A stretch of DNA of 44,388 bases from a bacterium (GTDB taxonomy: Bacteria > Patescibacteriota > Minisyncoccia > UBA6257 > GWB1-50-10): NCBI GenBank assembly GCA_021801565.1, contig JAJYXV010000005.1, positions 1 to 44,388 on the forward strand, in the 5' to 3' direction. Below the pieces are notes generated by a model. That model was not told where the DNA came from. It did not search any database and saw only the letters and a list, made by a program, of their open reading frames with translations. Below are positions 8,882 to 18,409 of this stretch, piece by piece. Numbering within the stretch: the stretch's first letter is position 1; each line of letters begins with the position of its first letter. The position numbers were made by a program, and so were the translations under genes.

Positions 8882-9742
8882 TTAATCGTTATAGAAAATG
8901 AAGTCCATAAACTGTTCAAATGGTTTCTTTTGTGGAGGGATTGTTCCGCATCCTTTGTAAATATCACGCAACTTATTTTTTGTTTCATTCTCTCCACATT
9001 TAATAATCTCTTTTGCATCATCAAATTGAAACATCTTATATCCCAAGACGGGCGGAGTAAGTACTATATTTGCCTCTTTCAATATTCTGCGGGCAATCTG
9101 ATACTCAATAATTGAGAGTGCTTGTGGAATCATGTTATATACCTTAATCGGGTTTAATGATTCGGTTTCAAGGTTTTCCCAACGGCTTGATACGTCAACC
9201 GCAATGATGAACTCTGCTCCCATTTTTTTTACCACGTCAGCGGGAACCGGATTTACAAATCCTCCATCCATAAGCATTCGTCCATTAATAGTCACCGGTT
9301 TAAAAATTAACGGGAGTGCTGTCGATGCCTGAATTGCATCATGCAAACTTCCCGATGCAAGAATTATTTCATCACCATTTTCGACATCTGTTGCAACCGC
9401 AGAAAACGGAATTTTACAATCTTCCACACGAAATCCGCTGATTTGTTCGGAAATCATATCGAGAACCGGCTTATCTTTAAAAAGCTCCCCGTCTTTCTTT
9501 CGCACGAGATGTGAAAGACGATAAATATCTTTGTGTTCTATTTCTAAAAATAAATTCTCCAAAAATGCGATATCTTTCGTTGCTGCATAATATCCGCCAA
9601 TAAGTGCACCCATGCTCGTTCCTGCAATATAACTGATTTCAATTCCCGCTTTTTCGAGTACGCGAATAACTCCAATATGTGCAAGTCCCTTTGCCGCTCC
9701 ACCCCCAAGCGCCAATCCAACTTTTTTCGGTTTTGTTACCAT
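8882..9742 (-). CDS. Patatin-like phospholipase
   Basis: ALGGGAAKGLAHIG, GTSMG nucleophile and DGG motif. Confidence 0.93.
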   Translation of the reverse strand: MVTKPKKVGLALGGGAAKGLAHIGVIRVLEKAGIEISYIAGTSMGALIGGYYAATKDIAFLENLFLEIEHKDIYRLSHLVRKKDGELFKDKPVLDMISEQISGFRVEDCKIPFSAVATDVENGDEIILASGSLHDAIQASTALPLIFKPVTINGRMLMDGGFVNPVPADVVKKMGAEFIIAVDVSSRWENLETESLNPIKVYNMIPQALSIIEYQIARRILKEANIVLTPPVLGYKMFQFDDAKEIIKCGENETKNKLRDIYKGCGTIPPQKKPFEQFMDFIFYND

Positions 9743-9743
9743 A

Positions 9744-9877
9744 CCAAGTAGTAGAAACTCAATTGATAGTTTTTGAAGACTTTTATTTTTTTCATAGATC
9801 TGTTTTATTTAATCACCTTACTAAACTCAGTTTACTCCTTCTGCACCTGCGGTGCACATTGAGTTTTCACTACTTGG
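9744..9877. mobile_element. MITE-like element (CCAAGTAGT family), copy 1, on the patatin start codon
   Basis: 20-bp TIRs with 18/20 match: CCAAGTAGTAGAAACTCAAT / ATTGAGTTTTCACTACTTGG. CATA direct repeat on both flanks (TATG on the coding strand). Confidence 0.8.
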
Positions 9878-9943
9878 CATATATTTATACTAAAACAAAA
9901 AAGAGCTTTTTCATAATTTCAAAAAAGCTCTTTTATACTAAGA

Positions 9944-10135
9944 TTAAATTTCAAAAATACTCCTTATATATCCTTCTCCCTCATAGAATATCCCACCTGG
10001 ATTTACTAAAACTGGATCATGTGCCGCAGTAGAAATAAGCGTGATATTTTCTTTTCCAAGTTTCTTCGTTAACGCGCCAAATAATTCACTCGCTTCTTTC
10101 GAATTATCTGCCCAAAGTTCATATTTCTTTTTCAT
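9944..10135 (-). CDS. Small hypothetical protein
   Basis: 63 aa with its own TTGACA promoter-like site near 10175-10198. Confidence 0.55.
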   Translation of the reverse strand: MKKKYELWADNSKEASELFGALTKKLGKENITLISTAAHDPVLVNPGGIFYEGEGYIRSIFEI

Positions 10136-10202
10136 TTCTTTCTCTCACAAGATTAATAAAATACTGTTTTCATTATTACTCTCCATACTTTTATGTCAAC
10201 AT

Positions 10203-10234
10203 AAAAAGCCTTTTCTATTTTGAAAAGGCTTTTT
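10203..10234. terminator. Intrinsic terminator
   Basis: AAAAAGCCTTTTC-N6-GAAAAGGCTTTTT. Confidence 0.8.
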
Positions 10235-10237
10235 ATT

Positions 10238-10525
10238 TTAAACAAGTCCTAAAAACCTAATAAGATTATATCCCAAGAAAAAAACCAACAGGGATACAAA
10301 GAAGCTCATTCCAGCAACTTCTAAAGATGGGAGATCGGGCTCTCCATCTTTCCGTTTTTTTGGCTTAAACAGTACCAAAAGTACTACCCAAAATGAAAAT
10401 CCGAGAAACGGCCCTGCAATATCCTGTCTAAGATAAAGAAATACTAATGCCACAGTAGCCAAGAATCCACCAAGAATTGTTCCGAAAACAAATCCTATTA
10501 TTTTCCGTATCACGCCAACCTCCAT
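10238..10525 (-). CDS. Hypothetical membrane protein
   Basis: Three hydrophobic segments; 3 bp from the upstream gene. Confidence 0.7.
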   Translation of the reverse strand: MEVGVIRKIIGFVFGTILGGFLATVALVFLYLRQDIAGPFLGFSFWVVLLVLFKPKKRKDGEPDLPSLEVAGMSFFVSLLVFFLGYNLIRFLGLV

Positions 10526-10528
10526 CTT

Positions 10529-11050
10529 TTAATACTTCTTTAACGCGCCTCCAATACCAATAATAGAGGATGCAATCTGAAAGTGTGCAAACATCTCCTG
10601 ATGTTTCACATATCCAATGTGCGCGGCAGTGAGATGTGTTGCCGCTAAAATCGTCCATCCCCATTTCATCTTCCACATATCATTTTTTGGATGGAGTAAA
10701 TAAAATGCGATAAGCATACCAACCGAACTAAAAAATTCGAGAATGGTAAGTTGCCCTTGGAATGTAAGAAGTGCAAGTATAATTGCGATTATAAAAGTTA
10801 CACACTCAATTCCTATCTCTACTTTTCTATTTTCCTTTTTCACTACCGCCCCATATACCGTGAGAACAAATAATCCAATTTCCCCTATAGCGTATACAAA
10901 AAGGTGTAACAGAAAAAAGTAGTATATTGCGAGCACCGCAGCAATAGCTCCCATCCACCACCCAATTGGGTTTTTTCTCTCAAGAAATAACCCTACCTTA
11001 TTCGAAAAAAAGATAAGTGAGATAAGCGCCTCAAGCACCTTAATTATCAT
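10529..11050 (-). CDS. Polytopic membrane protein, possibly PnuC-like
   Basis: About six TM segments; GWWMG...YG pattern loosely resembles PnuC. Confidence 0.6.
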   Translation of the reverse strand: MIIKVLEALISLIFFSNKVGLFLERKNPIGWWMGAIAAVLAIYYFFLLHLFVYAIGEIGLFVLTVYGAVVKKENRKVEIGIECVTFIIAIILALLTFQGQLTILEFFSSVGMLIAFYLLHPKNDMWKMKWGWTILAATHLTAAHIGYVKHQEMFAHFQIASSIIGIGGALKKY

Positions 11051-11092
11051 CTTTTACCTCAAAATATTTTTTATTATTTATATTCTAAGATA

Positions 11093-11121
11093 GTTATACC
11101 TCCTAAATTGCATTCTGTCAA
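11093..11121 (-). promoter_or_regulatory. Sigma70-type promoter
   Basis: TTGACA-N17-TATAAC. Confidence 0.75.
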
Positions 11122-11126
11122 ATTTC

Positions 11127-13643
11127 TTACTTCAAAACTTTTCTCAAATATTCAGCAGTAAAGCTTCCTGCTTTTCTTGAAACTGCCTCAGGCGTTCCTT
11201 CAGCAACAATCTTTCCTCCCTTATCCCCTCCTTCAGGACCTAAATCAATCACCCAATCAGCAGTTTTTATCACATCCAAATTATGTTCGATCACAACCAC
11301 TGTATTTCCCCTATCTACTAATCGATGAAGTACGTTTAACAGCTGCTGCACATCGGCAAAATGAAGTCCGGTGGTTGGTTCATCTAGAAGATAGATCGTT
11401 TTTCTCGTGTCTCGTTTCCCAAGTTCCGCGCCCAATTTTACACGTTGCGCTTCTCCACCCGAAAGTGTCGTTGCCGACTGACCCAATTGTAAATACCCAA
11501 GCCCAACTTCGTCCAAAATATTCAACCGATCATGAAGCCATGGAATATCTTCAAAAAACTTTGTTGCTTCTTCAATCGTCATCTTCAACACGTCGTAAAT
11601 ATTTTTACCCTTATATTCCACTTCAAGTGTTTCCCTATCAAAACGTTTTCCCTTACAGACATCACATTCGACATACACCGTCGGTAAAAAGTGCATCTCA
11701 ATTGCAATCACTCCGTGTCCCTCACAGTTTTCACATCTTCCTCCTTTCACATTAAAACTAAAACGCCCTGGTTTATACCCACGCACACGCGCATCTTCAG
11801 TTGCGGTAAAAATATCGCGAACAAATGTCCATGCACCAACATAGGTCGCTGGATTTGAACGTGGCGTTCTTCCGATCGGCGATTGATCGATGTTTATGAC
11901 CCGATTAATATATTCCAATCCCAACATTCCTTTATGGGCACCAACAGAATAATTTGCTCCATTAAATTTATTTGCGAGTGTTTTCCACAGCACATCATAC
12001 AACAACGTACTCTTCCCCGATCCCGATACACCGGTAATTGCCACAAAACGACGGAGCGGAATTGAAATATCGATGTTTTGTAAATTATTTTCACTTGCTT
12101 CCTTTATTTTTAAAAACGTATGATCTTTTTTTACTCCCCTCCGTTCTTTCGGAATCTGCACATATTCTTCTCCACGAAGATATTTGAGTGTAAGTGAGTT
12201 ATTTTTTTTATCTTTTAAAATCTCAGGAATGGGTCCCTCCGCGACAATCTTTCCTCCGTGTACACCGGCACCCGGACCAATATCCACAAGATAGTCGGAC
12301 TCCCGAATTGTTTCTTCATCATGCTCCACCACAATCACCGAGTTCCCCAAATCTCGAAGTTCATGAAGTGTTTTGATGAGCTTTGCATTGTCTCTCTGGT
12401 GAAGCCCAATGGTCGGTTCATCAAGAATATATAATGTGCCAGTAAGTCGGGATCCAATCTGTGAGGCAAGACGAATACGTTGTGCCTCTCCTCCGGAAAG
12501 TGTTCCCGCTTTTCGCTCGAGAGTGAGATATTCAAGTCCTACATCAATCATAAATTTCAATCTGTTTTTTATTTCGCGCAGAGGTACTTCCGCAACTTCC
12601 AAAAGTTTTTCATTTTTTATTTTTTCCACTTCTGCAAAAAATGCATATGCATCTTTTATCGGCATCGCTACCACCGAAGAAATATTTTTCCCCTCAATAA
12701 GCACATGTAACGCTTCCTCTTTTAATCTCTTTCCCATACATTTTTCACATATTTTTTCCGACCACACACTTTCCACACCAAGCCCATGACATTCAGGACA
12801 CGCACCATAAGGACTATTAAACGAGAAAAGGCGTGGCTCTATTTCGGGAAAAGAAAATCCATCATTCGGACATGTGAATTTTGCGGAAAGTGATGTTTCC
12901 TTTTCAGTGATAATCGTTACTACATTATTTCCATATTTAAGCCCTGATTCAATTGCCTCAGAAAGACGAAGGCGATTATCTTTATTTGAGAAATCTAATC
13001 CTGTGGGAATACGGTCAACCAGAAGATCAATGGTGTGTTGTTTATATCGCGAAAGATCAATGCGATCACGAAGAGAGTAGAATTTCCCATCAACGCGTAC
13101 CTCTGAAAACCCCGCATTTAAAAAATCATAGAGCATCTGGTAGTATTCTCCCTTTCGTCCACGTACCACTGGGGCGAGAATAACGAGATTTCTTTTCTTT
13201 TCATTCTGCAAAGAAATTTGCACCGCAACATCAACAATTTGTTCATTTGTCATCTTGCGTATTTCTTTTCCACATATCGGACAAAACGGAGTTCCCACGC
13301 GAGCAAAAAGAACGCGAAGATAATCATATATTTCGGTAATTGTTGCAACTGTCGAGCGCGGATTTCCCGAGTGGCTTTTCTGATCAATGGAAATTGCCGG
13401 AGAAAGTCCCTCAATTTCATCAACATCGGGTTTATCAAGTCTCCCTAAAAATTGTCGCGCATATGCAGAAAGCGACTCGATATACCTTCTTTGTCCTTCC
13501 GCAAATATGGTATCAAACGCAAGTGACGACTTCCCCGATCCGGAAAGTCCAGTAAACACCACCATCTTATTCCTCGGAATTTTAAGATTAATATTTTTGA
13601 GATTGTGCTCTCTTGCACCCTTAATATGTATAAAGTCATTCAT
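11127..13643 (-). CDS. uvrA: Excinuclease ABC subunit A
   Basis: Two ABC cassettes ([24 protein letters not shown] twice) and Zn fingers. Confidence 0.98.
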   Translation of the reverse strand: MNDFIHIKGAREHNLKNINLKIPRNKMVVFTGLSGSGKSSLAFDTIFAEGQRRYIESLSAYARQFLGRLDKPDVDEIEGLSPAISIDQKSHSGNPRSTVATITEIYDYLRVLFARVGTPFCPICGKEIRKMTNEQIVDVAVQISLQNEKKRNLVILAPVVRGRKGEYYQMLYDFLNAGFSEVRVDGKFYSLRDRIDLSRYKQHTIDLLVDRIPTGLDFSNKDNRLRLSEAIESGLKYGNNVVTIITEKETSLSAKFTCPNDGFSFPEIEPRLFSFNSPYGACPECHGLGVESVWSEKICEKCMGKRLKEEALHVLIEGKNISSVVAMPIKDAYAFFAEVEKIKNEKLLEVAEVPLREIKNRLKFMIDVGLEYLTLERKAGTLSGGEAQRIRLASQIGSRLTGTLYILDEPTIGLHQRDNAKLIKTLHELRDLGNSVIVVEHDEETIRESDYLVDIGPGAGVHGGKIVAEGPIPEILKDKKNNSLTLKYLRGEEYVQIPKERRGVKKDHTFLKIKEASENNLQNIDISIPLRRFVAITGVSGSGKSTLLYDVLWKTLANKFNGANYSVGAHKGMLGLEYINRVINIDQSPIGRTPRSNPATYVGAWTFVRDIFTATEDARVRGYKPGRFSFNVKGGRCENCEGHGVIAIEMHFLPTVYVECDVCKGKRFDRETLEVEYKGKNIYDVLKMTIEEATKFFEDIPWLHDRLNILDEVGLGYLQLGQSATTLSGGEAQRVKLGAELGKRDTRKTIYLLDEPTTGLHFADVQQLLNVLHRLVDRGNTVVVIEHNLDVIKTADWVIDLGPEGGDKGGKIVAEGTPEAVSRKAGSFTAEYLRKVLK

Positions 13644-13736
13644 ACTGTTTCTTTTTTATTAGGATTTAGAAATTAGTAATTTAGAGTTTATATACCTAAG
13701 CTCCCTTCGTTTTGGTTCGTTAGGGACTATAGAAGC

Positions 13737-13765
13737 ACTTTACGAAGAATGGTATAAAAAGTCAA
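13737..13765 (-). promoter_or_regulatory. Putative uvrA promoter
   Basis: TTGACT-N17-TAAAGT. Confidence 0.55.
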
Positions 13766-13789
13766 AAGAGTTGCATGCGCAACTCTTTT
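13764..13789. terminator. Intrinsic terminator
   Basis: AAAAGAGTTGC-ATGC-GCAACTCTTTT. Confidence 0.8.
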
Positions 13790-13838
13790 TTAATTATTAT
13801 CTAAATCAACTTTGTAAGTTCTTTGATAGTTATACTAC

Positions 13839-15728
13839 TTATTCTTCATCTTCTTCGGTGCCTTTTGATTTATACCAAAGATATAACGCATAGAGAATAA
13901 GAAAGAAAATAAAGATAACAAAAAATGTAATTCCGTTTGTTCCTTCACCAAGAGAAAGAATACTCGCAAGCAATTTCAATTGTGGAGATCCATTATCGAG
14001 AGTTGAAAATCCAAGCACACTTGGAATTTGCGCACCAGCAAGTTTGTTATAATTTTCTGCATCAAGCACATATGCATTTTCTCCGAATGAGATTGCTCCC
14101 GCTCCAGGCTTTTTTGCAACGAATCGGAATACTCCAAACACCTTTTTTTCAGTGAACCCTTCCGGATATCCAGCGGTTTTGACAATAATCCCCTTATCCA
14201 CATCATGGATATCATACTCAGGACGAATCACTGGAACCCAGTTGTCCCAATAGGTCACCGATTTGAATTCCAAAAGATCTTTTGGATATTGCAATTTCAC
14301 CTGTGCGGTATATGTCTTTTCATTTGTTCCTGGTTCGACAGTCACTATTGCATAAAATTCTTGCCCCTCTACCACAGTAAGTCTTGTCGGAGCAAAAGAA
14401 ATAATCGTTCCTGATTGTGTCTTATAATTTTTATCCACTTTCATTTCCGTCCAATCTCTCATAAGTTCATACACATCGCGGTTATCCACTTCTCCATCTT
14501 TATTAAGATCGGCAAGATTATTTTTTCGTGAGACACCCCAATTTACCATAAGCGTATTAAAATCGAGTGTTCGGGCGCCTAATACCTCGCCACGAGGCGG
14601 CTGTGGAACCGGAATTGGAGTAGGAATCGGTGTTGGTGTGGGAATAGGAGTGGGGGTCGGAATTGGAGATGGTTCATTCCCATATTGAATATCATCAAAA
14701 ACGATTATACTTTCCTCATTATTTGAATTCCTATATTTTACATATACCGTCTTCTTCCCATACCCTTCCGAAAGAATCCAAGATTTTTTATCTGTATATG
14801 CCTCCCATGATGCATCAGAAACATCTGCCTTATTTGAAATCTTCATCTGTGAAGCACTCACCGCTGTAAGTGTGAGATTCACATCACGCGTATCAGTTCT
14901 CTCTGCATCATTATTTATAATTATTTTATAACCCGCTACCGGAAGAATAGGGCCCCCTCCGGATCCACCCCCGCCACCGCCTCCACCGCCACCCCCTCCA
15001 GAATTTGTGGTTGCGGAAGTAGTTACAAACGGAGATCCTGAACCACACAAATTAAAAATTTTGATTGCAAAATAATATTTTGTGTTTGTTTCTAATCCGT
15101 TCACTGTCATTGTTTGTGTCTGTCCTGAAAATGGATGAGGGGTTCCTGTATATTGTGTAGAAATATAAAATGTTCCCTCGGTTATTTGATTTTTTGAATA
15201 ACGAAGATCAAATTCAGAAAGATCTGATTGTGTTTGTGTCTGCCAAGAAAGTGTAATAACACTTGCAGAATTTGGTGTCCCAGAAAAGTTCATTACGGAA
15301 AACGGGCTCGGACATCCTTGTCCACCCCCTCCACCACCTCCAGGAGAAACAGTAATAAATGCGATGCCAGAAAATTCACCCATAATATTGTAGAGTTTTA
15401 ATCCAAAATAGTATGTGGTGTTTGCATTCAGTCCATTCACAGTCATTGTCTGTGTTTGTCCTGAAAATGGATGAGGAGTTCCTGTATATTGCGTCGCTAT
15501 AGAAAAATTTCCATCGTTCAATGGACTTGTTGAATAACGCAATTCAAATTCAGATAAATCACTTTCTGCTGGGGTTTTCCATGAGAGAGATGCTGATGTT
15601 CCTGATATGCTACCGGTAAAGTTTGATACAGACGAAGGAACCGCGGCATACGTAAACGGCACCGAAACTACCGAAATCACGATAATTGAGATAACGGTAA
15701 AAATTGTATAAAGATGATTATTTTTCAT
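13839..15728 (-). CDS. Secreted, C-terminally membrane-anchored protein: two FN3 domains, dockerin-like motif, cohesin-like domain
   Basis: Signal peptide; duplicated FN3 module; poly-G and PT linkers; ADLNKDGEVDNRDV EF-hand loop; cohesin-like beta domain; C-terminal TM. Confidence 0.8.
   Translation of the reverse strand: MKNNHLYTIFTVISIIVISVVSVPFTYAAVPSSVSNFTGSISGTSASLSWKTPAESDLSEFELRYSTSPLNDGNFSIATQYTGTPHPFSGQTQTMTVNGLNANTTYYFGLKLYNIMGEFSGIAFITVSPGGGGGGGQGCPSPFSVMNFSGTPNSASVITLSWQTQTQSDLSEFDLRYSKNQITEGTFYISTQYTGTPHPFSGQTQTMTVNGLETNTKYYFAIKIFNLCGSGSPFVTTSATTNSGGGGGGGGGGGGSGGGPILPVAGYKIIINNDAERTDTRDVNLTLTAVSASQMKISNKADVSDASWEAYTDKKSWILSEGYGKKTVYVKYRNSNNEESIIVFDDIQYGNEPSPIPTPTPIPTPTPIPTPIPVPQPPRGEVLGARTLDFNTLMVNWGVSRKNNLADLNKDGEVDNRDVYELMRDWTEMKVDKNYKTQSGTIISFAPTRLTVVEGQEFYAIVTVEPGTNEKTYTAQVKLQYPKDLLEFKSVTYWDNWVPVIRPEYDIHDVDKGIIVKTAGYPEGFTEKKVFGVFRFVAKKPGAGAISFGENAYVLDAENYNKLAGAQIPSVLGFSTLDNGSPQLKLLASILSLGEGTNGITFFVIFIFFLILYALYLWYKSKGTEEDEE
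15097..15491 (-). repeat. Internal module duplication (15097-15155 vs 15433-15491)
   Basis: Near-identical 59-bp segments 336 bp apart, both encoding QYTGTPHPFSGQTQTMTVNG. Confidence 0.85.
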
Positions 15729-15748
15729 AACTTCAACTGTTACATTTT

Positions 15749-15777
15749 TCTTATGTTATCATATAACTTAAAATAAG
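15749..15777 (-). promoter_or_regulatory. Putative promoter of the FN3/cohesin gene
   Basis: TTGACT-N17-TAACAT with extended TG; -35 abuts the MITE target duplication (coordinates approximate). Confidence 0.5.
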
Positions 15778-15782
15778 TCAAG

Positions 15783-15931
15783 CCCAGTAGTGCCTGCCTG
15801 CGGTAGGCAGGAAAACTCAATTTTATATGTATAAACTCATGTACTCATAAAAAATCTAAAAATTTATGTATTACTTTGATATATAAAAATCTTTTTGTCG
15901 CGAAACGACATATTGAATTTCTACTACTGGG
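15783..15931. mobile_element. MITE-like element (CCAAGTAGT family), copy 2, with a nested palindrome
   Basis: CCCAGTAGTG[CCTGCCTGCGGTAGGCAGG]AAAACTCAAT ... ATTGAATTTCTACTACTGGG; 5-bp direct repeat TCAAG at 15778-15782 and 15932-15936. Confidence 0.8.
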
Positions 15932-15964
15932 TCAAGACCCCCCTATTTATTGGCCGCTAAAAGT

Positions 15965-15993
15965 AAAAAGCCCTAGAATTTCTAGGGCTTTTT
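15965..15993. terminator. Intrinsic terminator
   Basis: AAAAAGCCCTAGAATTTCTAGGGCTTTTT. Confidence 0.8.
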
Positions 15994-15998
15994 TATAA

Positions 15999-17720
15999 TT
16001 ACTTTATGAGAATCATCTTCTTTGTCGCCGAAAAATTTCCGGCCTGGATTGTATAAAAATATAATCCGGCGGATAAATTTGAAGCACTAAAAGAAGTTTG
16101 ATATCTTCCTGCTGCCTTTTCTGAATTAACGAGCATCGCTATTTTTTTGCCAAGAACATCATATACAGTAATTTTTACATTACTTGGTGCCGGCAACTGA
16201 TAACTAATAACCGTTGTTGGGTTGAATGGATTTGGATAATTCTGTTCCAACTTAAATTCGGTTGGAATTTTATTCTCATCAACACTAGTTGTGTTTCCGA
16301 TCATAAAATTCCAAACATCTGACCACTCACCCACAACACCCGCATTTCCTATCCCTCTCACTCTCCAATAATAAAGAGTGTTTGCATATAAGATAGAAAC
16401 GTTTTGGTAATTGTTTGGTGGTGTTGCAGCATATTCTAAATTTAAAAATGCATTTGTTTTAGAAATCTGCAACTCATAGTTCAACACGCCCGAGACAGTA
16501 GTCCACACAAATGAAATCGGCGTTACCATTCCAGTCGAATTATTTGCTGGTGACAAGTGAATTGGTTTAGTAATGGTTATATTATTTACCGTAGTAAATG
16601 ATCTCCACGCAGACCACCCAATGCCGCTAGCTCCAATTGACCCAAGTCTCCACCAATATATCTGATTAGATTTCAGGTTATTAAGAGTTATTGGGCTTGA
16701 AGTGTAAACGAGGTTGTTTACCAACGTTCCTGTTTGCGAGTTCTCTCGCAACTCAAGTTGATATCCAGAAATTCCAGTTACAGAAGTGTAGTTTAATGTA
16801 CCACCGTTTTGAGGAAAACCAGTCAATCCATCCGCAGGAGCACCAAGCGTCGGTGCGTCGGGAACCACCGTTCCTGTGCCAGTACTAAAACTTCTTGTAG
16901 AACTATAAGCCGATGTCTGTCCATTCTCACTCGCATTTACTCTCCAATAATAGATTGTATTGGCAAGTAAATTTGAAAGAGTGTAAGAAGTTGCACCCGT
17001 AACATTTTGATTCACAACAAATGAGGCAAACACCTGACTCGTTGAAACCTGAACATTGTAACTCACTATTCCACCGGAAACGGGAGTAACTGCATTCCAA
17101 TTTAGTGTCCCGCCATTTAGTGCAAAGTTTGTTGCGCCATCCAAAGGAGTTGTAAGAACCGGAATTCCAGGTGTTATCCCAGCTTGAGGAATATCAATAG
17201 GAGTTTCTGTACCACCGGTCACTCTCCAAATTCCAAGAATATAAACTGAAAAATTTCCAGCTGCTTGTCCCGGAGATTGTGAAAATGAAATCTTTAATTG
17301 GTCGGCATTAAAAGCTGTTGCACTGAAAACATTCACCAAATAATCGGTGACAATTCCGTTGTTAGACAACTCAACTAATCCACTTGTCCCCTCTACTCCT
17401 GTTGAATTAAAAAATCCAATCCCCATTTTCATTTTTAATGAAGATGAAGGACATGCGGCTCGAATCTTTAACTGTGTCTGAACTGGCATGTTTTGAACAG
17501 CAAACGCTTTTCGAAATTTCACATAAGGCACGTCACCTGTTTGTGGATAACTGATTACAACACTTCCGCTGAACAAATAGGCATTCGCCAAATTGTAAGA
17601 CGAAAGAGAAGCTCCGCCGGTTGCATTACTCGTTCCAAATGGAATATACCCAGTGTCCTGAGCAAAAATGTTTGTTACAGTTACAAAAAGAATTACGAAA
17701 AGAAATAACAATCGTTTCAT
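15999..17720 (-). CDS. Secreted FN3-like repeat protein with a T9SS (Por) C-terminal sorting domain
   Basis: Signal peptide; three modules ending YWRV/WWRL; C-terminus LEQNYPNPFNPTT...VYDVLG...GLYFY...KKMILIK. Confidence 0.9.
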   Translation of the reverse strand: MKRLLFLFVILFVTVTNIFAQDTGYIPFGTSNATGGASLSSYNLANAYLFSGSVVISYPQTGDVPYVKFRKAFAVQNMPVQTQLKIRAACPSSSLKMKMGIGFFNSTGVEGTSGLVELSNNGIVTDYLVNVFSATAFNADQLKISFSQSPGQAAGNFSVYILGIWRVTGGTETPIDIPQAGITPGIPVLTTPLDGATNFALNGGTLNWNAVTPVSGGIVSYNVQVSTSQVFASFVVNQNVTGATSYTLSNLLANTIYYWRVNASENGQTSAYSSTRSFSTGTGTVVPDAPTLGAPADGLTGFPQNGGTLNYTSVTGISGYQLELRENSQTGTLVNNLVYTSSPITLNNLKSNQIYWWRLGSIGASGIGWSAWRSFTTVNNITITKPIHLSPANNSTGMVTPISFVWTTVSGVLNYELQISKTNAFLNLEYAATPPNNYQNVSILYANTLYYWRVRGIGNAGVVGEWSDVWNFMIGNTTSVDENKIPTEFKLEQNYPNPFNPTTVISYQLPAPSNVKITVYDVLGKKIAMLVNSEKAAGRYQTSFSASNLSAGLYFYTIQAGNFSATKKMILIK

Positions 17721-17787
17721 GAACGACCTCCTTATTTTGTTTTATTAATTAAAAAGTAAAAATTTGAGTACTTTTAGCACTGGTTAC

Positions 17788-17816
17788 AATATACTACAGA
17801 ACTCTCAATTTGTCAA
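17788..17816 (-). promoter_or_regulatory. Sigma70-type promoter of the T9SS-CTD gene
   Basis: TTGACA-N17-TATATT; AAGGAGGT RBS before ATG 17720. Confidence 0.75.
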
Positions 17817-17818
17817 CC

Positions 17819-17842
17819 AAAAACGGCTATTTCGCCGTTTTT
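17819..17842. terminator. Intrinsic terminator
   Basis: AAAAACGGC-N6-GCCGTTTTT. Confidence 0.65.
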
Positions 17843-17921
17843 GCCTCTCCCTTCTTACAACCCCATCTTTTCACATATATTCCTGTCTATACTCTTTTCT
17901 TATATTGAAAATATAATACAC

Positions 17922-17945
17922 GCCACTATGACGCGTCATAGTGGC
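17922..17945. repeat. CTATGACGCGTCATAG-family palindrome, copy 2
   Basis: Perfect 24-bp GCCACTATGACGCGTCATAGTGGC, 1 bp after the stop of the TrpR-like gene. Confidence 0.9.
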
Positions 17946-17946
17946 A

Positions 17947-18381
17947 TTAGTATGATACATACGTCGTTCCAAACTTTGTCCTTACCCTTCTTCTTTTTAT
18001 CTGGCGATTGGGAACAGATGACACTTGGCTTTTTACCTGCTTCCCATTACTCTCTTCGCGATAACTTTGATATTTATCCCTATTTATTGACTTCACAATA
18101 CCGCTGATTGTTTGTGGTGAAATCCACAATTCATTACCAATTTCTTTATAACTTTTTCCAGAATTAATCATCTGAGACACAGCTACACGCATTATTATAT
18201 TATGACACTCATAAGAGGTAATAAACGATTGTAGAGATATCTTATCTTTTACAATGTTTTTCCAACATTCAGATTCCCACTCTTTTCGAGAATTATATTT
18301 ACTTATCGGCGGTATGGCGGAAAAAATATTTTTTCTACCTTTCTTCTTTGTTTTATATGAATTCTCTTCCATAAATACCAC
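17947..18381 (-). CDS. TrpR/YerC-like helix-turn-helix protein
   Basis: IIMRVAVSQMINSGKSYKEIGNELWISPQTISGI resembles the TrpR-family HTH; start may be 18372. Confidence 0.7.
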   Translation of the reverse strand: MVFMEENSYKTKKKGRKNIFSAIPPISKYNSRKEWESECWKNIVKDKISLQSFITSYECHNIIMRVAVSQMINSGKSYKEIGNELWISPQTISGIVKSINRDKYQSYREESNGKQVKSQVSSVPNRQIKRRRVRTKFGTTYVSY

Positions 18382-18409
18382 GCTCTATTTATACATCCTA
18401 CCATATATT

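Noticed and set aside
13697-13732. CCCT..AGGG weak hairpin upstream of uvrA
   Set aside because: Looks repeat-like but is single copy here; no support for an RNA or element call.
14610-15000. PT and poly-Gly codon repeats
   Set aside because: Ordinary linkers of a modular surface protein.
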